The position numbers and the translations under genes were made by a program. The notes beneath the pieces were generated by a model. That model was not told the DNA's origin. It did no database searches and saw only the letters and a program-made list of their open reading frames with translations. From Alcanivorax sp. (GTDB lineage Bacteria > Pseudomonadota > Gammaproteobacteria > Pseudomonadales > Alcanivoracaceae): DNA of 64,000 bases. Where the stretch lies: NCBI RefSeq assembly GCF_017794965.1, contig NZ_CP051240.1, positions 811,002 through 875,001 on the forward strand. The letters are read 5' to 3'. Below are positions 28,570-37,990 of this stretch, piece after piece. How positions within the stretch are numbered: the first letter of the stretch is position 1; every line of letters begins with the position of its first letter.

Positions 28570-28935
28570 CTACGCGGCTACCTGCTCCTCGCGGTGATAG
28601 AGAATCGACATGGTGACCAGGTCACAGGGGTCGGCTTTGGGATGTTCCGGAGATTTGGGCCCAAGCGCGCCGGTCACATCATCCATTTCGCTGCCCTGTG
28701 GGTCGTTCAGGTCGGCAAGGAATTCCCAGACATGACCGTCCCGGTCCACCAGGGTGCCGGTGTAGATGCCGGCATCAAACAGGCAGGCGCTGGAGAAGAC
28801 GGTGATATCCAGATCAAACCCCTGTCCCTCGATCCACTGACTCAGGGCAGGGTCCAGATCGCCGCTGCGCACCTGGCGGGTGAGGTGATCCACCGCCGCC
28901 CAGGCATTTCGGGTGCTGGCTTTGTTCAGTTCCAT
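28570..28935 (-). CDS. Hypothetical protein
   Basis: 121-aa ORF, same strand as and 191 nt downstream of the M48 gene. No motif recognised. Confidence 0.45.
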   Translation of the reverse strand: MELNKASTRNAWAAVDHLTRQVRSGDLDPALSQWIEGQGFDLDITVFSSACLFDAGIYTGTLVDRDGHVWEFLADLNDPQGSEMDDVTGALGPKSPEHPKADPCDLVTMSILYHREEQVAA

Positions 28936-29126
28936 ATCCGCTTACTTTGTACTTGTGGCTGGTACCAGCATGCCCTCTGGCTTGTCAGAGACCGTGGCCG
29001 GGCAACTCTTCTCCCTTTCAGTACTGGGATATTGTGCTTGTACGCGGGTGCCATCCTATAGGCAGATGCTGAAATCAGTGTAAGTGATGTCTTACTTTTG
29101 AAGCGGGTTCATGGCGCTATTTGCGA

Positions 29127-31040
29127 CTAACGGCGGTCAAAAAGCGGTGGAAGGGGGCATTCCAGCAAGCTGGAGAGGGCGCGCAGCAATTCCTTCTCGG
29201 CGGTTTTCAGCGTGCCGTCCGCCATGGCCAGGTCCACCGCACAGTCGATCACGGGGCCCTTCAATAGCGGCGAGAGATCCGCAAGGCGATCCACGGCGCT
29301 GAACAGCTTGTCGCTGCTGCAGTGGCTGAGCGGCAGCAGGCTGCGGGCGGCTGGCAGCAGGCTTCCGGCGTGCTGGCGAAACAGGGTTTCGGCCCGGTCG
29401 TCGCTGGCGCCGCCCGCCCATACCAACACAGAGAACAGTTGCTGGAGTTCCTGGGCCACGGCGCCCAGACGATGGAAGCGGGTGTGGCGGTTGCGCCCGG
29501 CACGGGTGTCCAGTTGTTGACGGGCCAGGGCCAGCAGGGTCCATTCGAACAGGCTGAAGTGCTGGTCGGCATGACACAGGGTGTCCAGTTCCTTGAGCAG
29601 TTGGACGCGTTCGTCATCGGGCTGGCTTTTCAGGCTGGGCAGCGCCATGTCGATGAGGGGCAGCCGCGTCTCTGGCCCAAGGCGGGCCACCTGGTCAGTG
29701 AGTGACTGCAAGGCTGGTGTGTTTGGCAGCTTGCAGCGGGCCAGCAGGGCGTCTCGGTCCCCACGGCTGCGGGCCAATACCAGTGCAAACAACACCTGCC
29801 GCGCTCCTTCCGGGGTGTGGGCCTGGGTGCGGAGTTCGTCAGGGAGTGATGCCAGCAGTTGCCGTGCGTAGTCCATGTCTCCCTGTTGTACGGTGCCCAC
29901 CTGTTGGGAAGGGGGCCGGGCCTGTGACGTGGTTGCCTGATCTAGGCCCTGGCCGGCAAACCCTGCGGTGCCCTCTGGCGTCCTGGAGGTGGGTGCCTGT
30001 GCCTGGGCGGAGGAGGCGGATTGCCTGGCTCTTGCTCTGGCCCGGGCCACCCATTCCGGCCCCAGTGCCTCAAGGCGTTCATCAAGGGAGGGGTGGGTGG
30101 CCAGCCACTGCTTGAGTTTCATGGGAATGGAAGGGGCAAAGCACATGTGGCTCATGTCTTCCGCGTGGCGGGAGGCCAGATAGGAGCCGCCGTCATTACG
30201 GATATGGATCAGCGCGCCGGCCAGTCCGGCGGGATTGCGGGTGAATTGCACGGCGGAGGCATCAGCCAGCAATTCCCTTTGACGGCTGACGGCAGCCTTG
30301 ATCAGGCGGCCAAAGAACAGGCCCACATAGCCAATCACGACCAACGCGAGCCCCAGTGCCGGCAGGCCATTGTTCTTGCTGCTGCGTGACGAGTAGGAAC
30401 GGTGGGAGCGGCGCTGGCTGTACAGCAGGTATTCGCCAATCTTGCCCACCGCCAAGATGCCGGAAAGTACAGCGACCATACGGAGATTGATACGGATGTC
30501 TGCGTTGAGAATGTGGCTGAACTCGTGCCCGATCACAGCTTGTAATTCATCCCGGGAAAAGCGCTCAAGGCTACCGCGGGTGACAGCAATGACCGCCTCG
30601 GAGGGGCGAAAACCGGCAGCAAATGCGTTGATGGTGGTTTCCTGATCCATGACATACACCTGGGGCACGGCAATGCCCGAGGCGATGCTCATTTCTTCCA
30701 CCACGTTGATCAACTGGCGCTCGGCACGGTCTGTGGTTGAGGTGTTGATCAGCCGTCCGCCCAGCATTTCGGCCAGTGCGCTGCCGCCCTTGCGTAATTG
30801 CCAGCTTTTCAGCATGCACTCGAACAGGATAACGCCGAGCGTGATCAGGGCGGTCCAGTAAACCACCGGGTTGAGCAAGATAGAGCCCTGCTGAGGGTGG
30901 AGCTGGATGTTGGCGAAGCCGAGCAGGAGCACCACGGCCACGGTGACACTGGCCACCACGGCCATGATGGCCAGGCAGAAATACAGTACCAGCAAGCCAG
31001 TACGGCGTTTGGCCTTCTGTTGATGCTGAAAGAAATCCAT
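29127..31040 (-). CDS. M48-family zinc metalloprotease with long C-terminal TerB-like extension
   Basis: N-terminal TM segments, HEFSH zinc motif (IGHEFSHILN), and a second TM block. The ~300-aa helical tail ends ...ADGTLKTAEKELLRALSSLL, and the TerB-like call for it is inference. Confidence 0.8.
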   Translation of the reverse strand: MDFFQHQQKAKRRTGLLVLYFCLAIMAVVASVTVAVVLLLGFANIQLHPQQGSILLNPVVYWTALITLGVILFECMLKSWQLRKGGSALAEMLGGRLINTSTTDRAERQLINVVEEMSIASGIAVPQVYVMDQETTINAFAAGFRPSEAVIAVTRGSLERFSRDELQAVIGHEFSHILNADIRINLRMVAVLSGILAVGKIGEYLLYSQRRSHRSYSSRSSKNNGLPALGLALVVIGYVGLFFGRLIKAAVSRQRELLADASAVQFTRNPAGLAGALIHIRNDGGSYLASRHAEDMSHMCFAPSIPMKLKQWLATHPSLDERLEALGPEWVARARARARQSASSAQAQAPTSRTPEGTAGFAGQGLDQATTSQARPPSQQVGTVQQGDMDYARQLLASLPDELRTQAHTPEGARQVLFALVLARSRGDRDALLARCKLPNTPALQSLTDQVARLGPETRLPLIDMALPSLKSQPDDERVQLLKELDTLCHADQHFSLFEWTLLALARQQLDTRAGRNRHTRFHRLGAVAQELQQLFSVLVWAGGASDDRAETLFRQHAGSLLPAARSLLPLSHCSSDKLFSAVDRLADLSPLLKGPVIDCAVDLAMADGTLKTAEKELLRALSSLLECPLPPLFDRR

Positions 31041-31050
31041 GGGTCAGCGA

Positions 31051-31638
31051 TTAAAAGCTGACTTTGCTGGCCTGCCGGGCGGCTTCGTTTTCTATTTGCA
31101 GCAACTGGGCTTCCTTGAAGCTGCCGAACAGTCCGCCAATGAAATTCTGCGGGAACTGTTCGCGATAGGTGTTGTAGTTCATCACCGCATCGTTGAAAGC
31201 CTGACGGGCAAAACCGATCCGGTTTTCGGTGCTGGTCAGCTCTTCCATCAGCTGGGCCATAGTCTCGTTGGCCTTGAGATCCGGGTAGTTTTCACTCAAC
31301 GCGAAGAAGTTGGCCAGGGAGCCGGAGAGCAGGGATTCTGCCTTGCCGAGACGGGCCACGGCAGCACCGTCATCAGGTGCTGCCGCCGCGGCTTTCTGGG
31401 CGCTGACGGCCTGGTTGCGGGCCTCGATCACCTGGGTCAGGGTTTCTTTCTCGTGGCTCATGTAGCCCTTGGCGGTTTCCACCAGGTTGGGGATCAGGTC
31501 GTGGCGGCGCTGTAACTGTACATCGATCTGGGCAAAACCGTTCTTGAAGCGGTTTTTGAGTGCGATCAGGCGGTTATAGACGGCAATGATATAGACAATG
31601 ATGGCGACGATAACGCCCAAAAAAATCAGCATGCCCAT
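31051..31638 (-). CDS. lemA: LemA family protein
   Basis: N-terminal TM, then YNRLIALKNRFKNGFAQIDVQLQRRHDLIPNLV, typical of LemA. Confidence 0.9.
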   Translation of the reverse strand: MGMLIFLGVIVAIIVYIIAVYNRLIALKNRFKNGFAQIDVQLQRRHDLIPNLVETAKGYMSHEKETLTQVIEARNQAVSAQKAAAAAPDDGAAVARLGKAESLLSGSLANFFALSENYPDLKANETMAQLMEELTSTENRIGFARQAFNDAVMNYNTYREQFPQNFIGGLFGSFKEAQLLQIENEAARQASKVSF

Positions 31639-31755
31639 GCGGGTAATCCTTCCCCAAGCGAAATGGTTGTTGGCCTCTAAACTACTGCAAAAGTGTGAAT
31701 GGGGAAAGGCGGCATGTTGAAGTTAATGTAGGAGATTCTATGTTGTCCACCCCTT

Positions 31756-32694
31756 TTATGCGGCGGACGACGGTGCGTAGCTGGTGCGGTTCTTCATCAA
31801 CGCGAAGGCGATACGGACCAGCTTACGTGTGAGGATGACCAAGGCCTGTGTTTTTGCCAGACCACGGTCGAGATACCCTTGGTAGACACCCGCCCAGCGG
31901 GCGCTTTTGCGAGCGGCCATGGCTGCACAGTAAAGCAGCCTGCGGGTTTCTGAGTCGCCTTTCTTTGTCAGCTTGCGCTTGCCTGTTCTCGTGCCCGAGT
32001 CTTTGACATGGACATCCATCCCCAGGAAGGCCACGAAGGCGTCGCTGTTGCGGAAGTCTCCTCGTAGGAAGGCCATAACCAGCGCATAGGCTGTCAGATC
32101 GCCCACACCTTCCAGAGCCTTGCACCGTTGCACCTGATCACTGAGTCCAGCTTCTCTTACGGTGTCGCGAAGATGCTTCTGGATCAGCGTATCCAGGCTG
32201 TTGATCTGTGAGATCAGCTTTTTCAGGCTTGCCTTGAGGATCTTTTCGCCACCCAGACTCTGCTGGATCATGGTGCGTGCCTTGATGAGCGCGGCGCGGC
32301 GGCGCAGCAGTGTCTGCAGTGTTCGATACGCCTTGGGTGGCGGGCTCCAACGGCGTAGATCCTCTTTTTCTCTCTGCAAATGGCGGGCGAGCAGCTGGGC
32401 GTCAGAGGCGTCTGTTTTGGCCCGACCGCCTGTTCCCTTGCGGTAGCTGCTGAGCCGTGAAGCATCAATGACGTAAATGTGGTGCCCTTTGGCATGGGCC
32501 AACTCGATGACCGCCATGTGGTAAGTCCCTGTGGCCTCAATGGCGATCTCGCAGGGGCATGGCAGGCTCTTGAGCCAGCGCTTAATGGCTTTGGGGGTAT
32601 TCTCGATGGTGAACGTCTGGCCCTGGAAATGAATGACCAACTCGGCCTTGGCGACGTCGATACCGACGTTGGATCTTGCTACTTGCATTGCCAC
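31756..32694 (-). CDS. IS110-family transposase/recombinase
   Basis: 312 aa. N-terminal VGIDVAK...IAIEATGTYH (DEDD RuvC-like) and C-terminal ...GVGDLTAYALV...FLGMDVHVKDSG...KLTKKGDSETRRLLY. Confidence 0.9.
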   Translation of the reverse strand: MAMQVARSNVGIDVAKAELVIHFQGQTFTIENTPKAIKRWLKSLPCPCEIAIEATGTYHMAVIELAHAKGHHIYVIDASRLSSYRKGTGGRAKTDASDAQLLARHLQREKEDLRRWSPPPKAYRTLQTLLRRRAALIKARTMIQQSLGGEKILKASLKKLISQINSLDTLIQKHLRDTVREAGLSDQVQRCKALEGVGDLTAYALVMAFLRGDFRNSDAFVAFLGMDVHVKDSGTRTGKRKLTKKGDSETRRLLYCAAMAARKSARWAGVYQGYLDRGLAKTQALVILTRKLVRIAFALMKNRTSYAPSSAA

Positions 32695-32699
32695 TGAAC

Positions 32700-33040
32700 T
32701 GCCCCTTGAGCTAGGTTACACATGCTTGTCGGGGCGCACCTGAACGCTGGCTTGCTGGTATCGTCGGTCTGAGGTGCGAACTCAGCCGATGGATTCTTTA
32801 TCGGCGTATGAATAGGTGCGGGGTGGGGCCAAATCTCCTACCGTCTGTACCCTTTGGTCAGATGCACCTTTGGTCCCTCCACCCCGGCAAGTCCTGCATC
32901 ATTGCAGGAGGGGCATTCAAACATACAAGCACCGCTTGAGGTGCGAACCTGAGCCTGGGCGAAGGAATGGCAATAATGCCTCTCCATTTCGTTATCAAAT
33001 ATCGCTGGCGGCGCAGGCCAGGAATACATCCTCGCTGTCG
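32700..33040 (-). ncRNA. Candidate IS110 bridge/guide RNA region
   Basis: The long 5' non-coding end fits the IS110 group. GAGGTGCGAAC occurs twice (32771, 32938), with its complement at the element end (33046-33056). CTCCTAC (32835-32841) matches the flanking REP core. Exact RNA ends are unknown. Confidence 0.35.
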
Positions 33041-33090
33041 CTCGCTTCGCACCTCAAGCGGTGCTCCTACAGGAGGCGGCAGGGTTGCTC

Positions 33091-33552
33091 TCAGTATTTG
33101 ATTCCCCACTTGCGGTACAGAAAGCCCATGATCCAGGCGGGGCCGATCATCAGGTACTGGATGTCCTCGAAGAAAGAGGGCTTCTTGCCCTCCACCTTGT
33201 GGCCCCAGAACTGACCGATCCAGGCCAGCACAAACACCACCAGCGAGAACCAGAAGACACTGATGCCCATACCTTCCAGCAAGGACAGGCCGGACAGACA
33301 CAGCAGGCTGAACACCAGCATGCCAAGGGCAATGGGGGGAGACAGGCGCAGGTAATACAGGGTGACGAATACCAGTGCCAGTGAGGCCCAGTTCAGACCA
33401 GGTAGCAGGGCCGGGAACGGGATTGCCCACAGGAAACCGACGATGGTGAAGAAGATCACCGGCACGCAGACAAAGTGCACTTTTTTGTTGGTGGGGTTCT
33501 GGTGGCTCTCGCCGTAGGCATCGAGCCAGTCATCCATGCTGCGGGTTGCCAT
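33091..33552 (-). CDS. DUF962 / Mpo1-like membrane protein
   Basis: DDWLDAYGESHQNPTNKKVHFVCVP and KVEGKKPSFFEDIQYLMIGP motifs. Confidence 0.8.
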   Translation of the reverse strand: MATRSMDDWLDAYGESHQNPTNKKVHFVCVPVIFFTIVGFLWAIPFPALLPGLNWASLALVFVTLYYLRLSPPIALGMLVFSLLCLSGLSLLEGMGISVFWFSLVVFVLAWIGQFWGHKVEGKKPSFFEDIQYLMIGPAWIMGFLYRKWGIKY

Positions 33553-33775
33553 GATTACACCCTTTCAAACACTGTTTCAGGGAGTATCGCACCGCAGTTA
33601 GCATTCGTGAAGCTTGTGCTGCCGGGAGTGAATGGTTTGTGGAGAGTAGCGCGTTACGAGTAACGAGTTTCTAAAAAGCGAATGCCTGCATGCCCTTTGA
33701 GTTTCGCAACTCGAAACGGATTGCTTGTGCACCGGCGTTGTAGGTCGGAAATGCCCGAAGGGCATCTCCGACACA

Positions 33776-33810
33776 GCGCCAGGCATCGAGCGTCAGGCGT
33801 CCAGCGTATT
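33776..33810. repeat. 7-nt periodic array, 5 units
   Basis: gcgccag gcatcga gcgtcag gcgtcca gcgtatt. Runs into the cyoE stop (33810-33812). Confidence 0.8.
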
Positions 33811-34721
33811 CACGCCCCCAGCCAGAGCGCCACATCGGTGGGTTTGATTGGCAGGTAGTGATCCACCAGCAACGCGGTAAACAGGGCAAACAGGTAGGTG
33901 ATCGAATACCCGAAGGTTTTCATGGGCAGCTTCGGATCATCGGAAAAACGCAGGCGCACGGCATGGTAGAGGAACACCAGGCCGAGGATCAGTGCGGCCA
34001 GCAGGTAGATCAGGTCACTCATGCCGGTCAGGTAGGGCAGCAGAGTGCTGATGAACAGCAGGATGGTGTAATACAGCACGGATTCCCGCGTGAACGGGAT
34101 GCCGTGGGTGACCGGCAGCATGGGAATGTCGGCCTTGGCGTACTCGTCCTTGCGGTGGATGGCCAGGGCCCAGAAGTGCGGCGGGGTCCATACAAAGATG
34201 ATCAGCACCAGCAGCCAGGCGTAAGGGTGAACATCGCCGGTGACCGCGGCCCAGCCCAGCAGTGGCGGAATCGCGCCAGCAATACCACCAATCACGATGT
34301 TCTGGGGAGTGGCCCGTTTCAGATACAGGGTATAGATGAAGGCATAGCCCACAAAACCGAACAGGGTGAGCCAGGCGGTGAGAGGGTTGACCATGAAATA
34401 GAGCATGATCATGGAGGCGCCCGCCAGTAGCACGGCAAAGGTGATAGCCGCTTTGGGGCTGAGCTTGCCTGCCACCAGTGGTCGCTTCTCGGTGCGCGTC
34501 ATGATCGCATCGATTTTCTGGTCCATGATCTGATTGATGGCCGCGGACGACATCATTGCCAGTGTCAGGCCAATAAACGACGGGATGAAGATGTCCAGAG
34601 GCACCATGCCCGGTGGATCGGTGGCCAGAAACATGCCTGCCACGGCAGTGACCATCAGCAGCATGACAACGCCGGGCTTGGTCAGGGCCAGATAATCGCG
34701 CCAGGTGGCGGTTTGACTCAT
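33810..34721 (-). CDS. cyoE: Protohaem IX farnesyltransferase (haem O synthase)
   Basis: 303 aa UbiA-fold protein, with YLALTKPGVV..., NQIMDQKIDAIMTRT and GGIAGAIPPLLGW. Confidence 0.95.
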   Translation of the reverse strand: MSQTATWRDYLALTKPGVVMLLMVTAVAGMFLATDPPGMVPLDIFIPSFIGLTLAMMSSAAINQIMDQKIDAIMTRTEKRPLVAGKLSPKAAITFAVLLAGASMIMLYFMVNPLTAWLTLFGFVGYAFIYTLYLKRATPQNIVIGGIAGAIPPLLGWAAVTGDVHPYAWLLVLIIFVWTPPHFWALAIHRKDEYAKADIPMLPVTHGIPFTRESVLYYTILLFISTLLPYLTGMSDLIYLLAALILGLVFLYHAVRLRFSDDPKLPMKTFGYSITYLFALFTALLVDHYLPIKPTDVALWLGA

Positions 34722-35776
34722 GGTTTGTCTCCTTCCTGTCGCGGGCTGCTAATGCCGCATTTGACGTTGATCGCGCGGATGAAGAGCACCAGGGCTGCCA
34801 GCAGAATGACCGCCACGAAGTTATGTGCCACTGCCACATCCAGTGGCACCGCAAACACCACATTGCTGATGCCCAGTGCCAGTTGCACGATCAGCAGACC
34901 GAGAATGACGAAGGCGAAGTTGCGGAAAAACAGGCTGCGGGCACGGACCAGGATCTTGGCCACCAGGGCAAGTACCAGAAGGGTGACCACTAGCGCGCCG
35001 AAGCGATGCATCACGTGAATGGTGGTGCGAGCCTCATTGTGCAGGACGCCAAATTCATAGTCAGGCTTGTCGTGTTCGTGGCCCCAGAAAATGAACGCAT
35101 CACCAAAGTTCAGGCGGTCCTGCCAGCCTTCTTCGCAGATCGGCAGCTCGGTACAGGCCACCGCGGCATAGTTGCTGGCGGTCCAGCCGCCCAGGGCGAT
35201 CTGCACAATGACTGCGGCCAGGGCGATGGAGGCGATGGGCTTGAGCATTCGTACATCGCAATCGTTCAGAAAGCTGGGCCAGCGGTATACCCGTGCTGTG
35301 AGCAATACCAACAGGGTAAAGGTGGTAAACCCGCCCAGCAGGTGCAGCATCACGATAGTGGGTTGCAGCCCCATGGTCACGGTCCACATGCCCAGGATGC
35401 CCTGGAAGATCACCAGGGCGACCAGGAACAGGGGCAGCTTGAGGGGCTGTTTTTCCCGCTTGCGGTTAACGAAGGACAGCACGGCAATGATGATGATGGT
35501 CAGGCCCAGGGTGGAGGCAAAGTAGCGGTGCACCATCTCCGGGACGGTCTTGTGTGCTTCGCGCAGGCTGCCAGGTTCCACTTCATTGGTGGTGTTCACG
35601 TGCTCGATGGCCTTGCGCACATCCAGGTGCCCATAACAGCCGGGCCAATCCGGGCAACCCAGGCCAGCATCAGAAAGCCGGGTCCAGGCCCCCAGAGTGA
35701 TGACACCGGCGGCCAGGATGACCGCAAAAATACAGAAACCGCGCAGCCAGCGCTGCGATACAGTAGGAGTAGACAT
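34718..35776 (-). CDS. ctaA: Haem A synthase (COX15/CtaA)
   Basis: 352 aa, 8 TM segments, with GLGCPDWPGCYG and conserved His residues. Overlaps cyoE by 4 nt. Confidence 0.9.
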   Translation of the reverse strand: MSTPTVSQRWLRGFCIFAVILAAGVITLGAWTRLSDAGLGCPDWPGCYGHLDVRKAIEHVNTTNEVEPGSLREAHKTVPEMVHRYFASTLGLTIIIIAVLSFVNRKREKQPLKLPLFLVALVIFQGILGMWTVTMGLQPTIVMLHLLGGFTTFTLLVLLTARVYRWPSFLNDCDVRMLKPIASIALAAVIVQIALGGWTASNYAAVACTELPICEEGWQDRLNFGDAFIFWGHEHDKPDYEFGVLHNEARTTIHVMHRFGALVVTLLVLALVAKILVRARSLFFRNFAFVILGLLIVQLALGISNVVFAVPLDVAVAHNFVAVILLAALVLFIRAINVKCGISSPRQEGDKP

Positions 35777-35783
35777 AAGCCGA

Positions 35784-36398
35784 TTAACCGATCAGTGAAC
35801 CTTTGAGGGTTCGTTTAAGGTCTACGCGGATGTTTTCCGCTTCTTCCAGTGTGGCTTCCATGTTTTCGTGCGTGGGATAACGCATGAAGATCTGGCCGTC
35901 CGGGCTGACCAGAAAAATATCGCCAACGGGTGCGCTGGGCGCGGGAGAATACACGGGCTCCAGTGCCTCTTCCACAGCCTGGCGGGTGGCATGAATGGAA
36001 ATCATGCCTTCCACCTTGTCGGTCAGGAAGGTTGTCAGGCTTTCTTCGGCGGGGGCGGTGTGCAGTACCACGCGGCGGACCCGCTCAATGTCTTCGCCCA
36101 GGGCCAGACGGACCTGGCGGATCTGGTAATAAAGGCCGTTTTTGCAGCGGGTGTCACAGTCGCTGCCGGCAATGTAGAGGATAGACCACATGCCTTTGGT
36201 GTCGTCGGCGCCGAAGGGGTGTCCCTGGCCGTCGTTGGCGTCCAGGCGGGTAACATCAATATGGGGAATCAGCAGCTGCCCCTTGTTCTGACGTGGCATC
36301 TCCCAGGGATCAATCAGGAAGCGGCCGGCCAGGGCAAACAGCACAAAGGGGCTGATGATGGCGACCAGGGTCAGGATATTCTTGGTCTTCGGTGACAT
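35784..36398 (-). CDS. SCO-like thioredoxin-fold membrane-anchored protein (oxidase assembly cluster)
   Basis: ORF trimmed to ATG 36398 (MSPKTKNILTLVAIISPFVLFAL). Has CDTRC (CxxxC). The position between SURF1 and COX15 matches pseudomonad clusters. Confidence 0.6.
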   Translation of the reverse strand: MSPKTKNILTLVAIISPFVLFALAGRFLIDPWEMPRQNKGQLLIPHIDVTRLDANDGQGHPFGADDTKGMWSILYIAGSDCDTRCKNGLYYQIRQVRLALGEDIERVRRVVLHTAPAEESLTTFLTDKVEGMISIHATRQAVEEALEPVYSPAPSAPVGDIFLVSPDGQIFMRYPTHENMEATLEEAENIRVDLKRTLKGSLIG

Positions 36399-36445
36399 AT
36401 CAGTGTCTGTTCTCCGTGATGGTGCCAGTCGACAAGGCAGCCACC

Positions 36446-37195
36446 TTACTGTGTCTTGCCAGTGAGACGACGCTTCTGGGCTCGGGTTGCCGCGAACAGG
36501 AATATCACCATCGCAGCAATGGCGAGCCCCAGCCACTGCAACGCGTAGGCCTTGTGCTGCTGTGGGCCCATGACGGTAATGTCCTGCCAGTGGCGGGGTA
36601 GTGGCTCCAGCCCGCCCAGCGACAGTTCCGGGTTGACCCGGATTTCAAAGGGCGCCAATTCTACCCCAAGTTTTTCGCCGATGGCGTGAAAATCCACTTT
36701 TTGTACCCGCAGTGGCCATTGATTGTCCGGCAATTGCTCGTCTTTCAGGACAAAGGCCTCCCCCGGTGACTGGTAAACGATGCCCTCCACCTGGACGCGG
36801 CCTTCGATGGCGGGGATCGGCGGCAAGACATCCCGGCGCGCGCCTCGGGACAGCCAGCCCCGGTTAACCAGAACCCACTGGCCGCTGTCGGTCAGCATGG
36901 GGCTCAGCAAGTGATACCCGGCCACCCGGTTCAGGGTGCGGTTGTCGAGAAGTACGGGGTGGGCGTTATCGATCCGGCCAGTCAGTTTGGCGCGTCGGTG
37001 GCGAGGGTCGTCGCTGGCCAGCAAGGTGGCCAGGCCCGCGGCGGGCAGTTCGGCTTTCTGTTGCTGGCTTTCCAGCCAGGCACGCTTCTCTTCGGCCCGT
37101 TCCAGCTGCCACCAGCTCAGTCGCAGGCAGGTGCCGACAACTACAAACAGGGCAATGAGCGCCAGATAAGCACTGACGCGGGTGCGCGTTGCCAT
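36446..37195 (-). CDS. SURF1 family cytochrome oxidase assembly protein
   Basis: N-terminal TM followed by LSWWQLERAEEK, and C-terminal HKAYALQW followed by a TM. Confidence 0.85.
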   Translation of the reverse strand: MATRTRVSAYLALIALFVVVGTCLRLSWWQLERAEEKRAWLESQQQKAELPAAGLATLLASDDPRHRRAKLTGRIDNAHPVLLDNRTLNRVAGYHLLSPMLTDSGQWVLVNRGWLSRGARRDVLPPIPAIEGRVQVEGIVYQSPGEAFVLKDEQLPDNQWPLRVQKVDFHAIGEKLGVELAPFEIRVNPELSLGGLEPLPRHWQDITVMGPQQHKAYALQWLGLAIAAMVIFLFAATRAQKRRLTGKTQ

Positions 37196-37343
37196 AGAAT
37201 ACTCTGCCGCTCTGGATCGGTGTTGCCACCCTTATTTGTGTGCAGGGCGGCGGCGGATGATTACAATGGCGGCACATTCTACATAGGACAGACCCGTGCG
37301 GCCATGCACGATGGTCCGCTAATGTCACAGGAGTCAGCTATAT

Positions 37344-37610
37344 ATGTGGTGGGTAAAACTGATTGTCATCGTGCTGCTGCTGGCGGCCCTGTTTTCTCTG
37401 GGGCGGGCGTTGATGGCGCTGGTCAAGGGGGAAAAGGGGGAGGCGAAATCCCGCACCATGCGGGCTCTGGCCTGGCGGGTAGGGTTTTCGGTGGCAGTGT
37501 TCCTGTTCATCCTGCTGAGCATGATGATGGGCTGGATTACTCCGCATGATGTGAATCCCAATCTGCTGCACGGCCAGCCGATTCACCAGCAGGCTGCCCC
37601 GGCGGAGTAG
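37344..37610 (+). CDS. Twin-TM small protein (DUF2909)
   Basis: 88 aa with two TM helices. Sits next to SURF1, as in other gammaproteobacteria. Confidence 0.75.
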   Translation: MWWVKLIVIVLLLAALFSLGRALMALVKGEKGEAKSRTMRALAWRVGFSVAVFLFILLSMMMGWITPHDVNPNLLHGQPIHQQAAPAE

Positions 37611-37931
37611 ACGCCGACAAAGCGTAAAAGCCCGGTAAAAAACCAAAGTGCCCCTGAACCCGGGGGGGGAGCCCCTCTCTAAAGGCCCAGACTGGATGAT
37701 CAAGGAGGCGGTACGGATGGTAAACAGCATCATGAAGCGGCTGGTTTTGCTGGTGTTTGTGCGTCTGGTGGCGCATGCAGAGCGGCACGGAGCGCATGCG
37801 GTAAGGGACCTTTATGATCCTGTGCGCTAGAAAAACCAATTATTTTGCCTGTGCGGGGAACTTTCCTGGCGCAGGGGGGACAAAACTAGTGCAAATAACG
37901 TTTTCTCCTCAAGAAATATAGGCAACCCTCG

Positions 37932-37964
37932 GGGCGTTCGATGTAATCGACGCCCTGTTTTTTT
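37932..37964 (+). terminator. Rho-independent terminator (plus strand)
   Basis: gggcgt(t)cga tgtaa tcgacgccc followed by tgttttttt. Confidence 0.75.
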
Positions 37965-37990
37965 GCCGCTCTGCGGCTGCATCCGAGTGA

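Larger units (their letters stand above)
31736..33062 (-). mobile_element. IS110-family insertion sequence (boundaries +/-15 nt)
   Basis: A single DEDD-type transposase ORF, a short 3' end and a ~370-bp 5' non-coding end. The flanks are gtaggag (31729-31735) and gctcctac (33063-33070), which are the two halves of a REP palindrome. Confidence 0.75.

Noticed and set aside
32816-33430. ORFs 32816..33214 (+) and 32858..33430 (-) next to the IS110 transposase
   Set aside because: They lie in the IS non-coding end and overlap the DUF962 gene on the opposite strand. They have no motifs. The region is better explained as a structured RNA/REP region.
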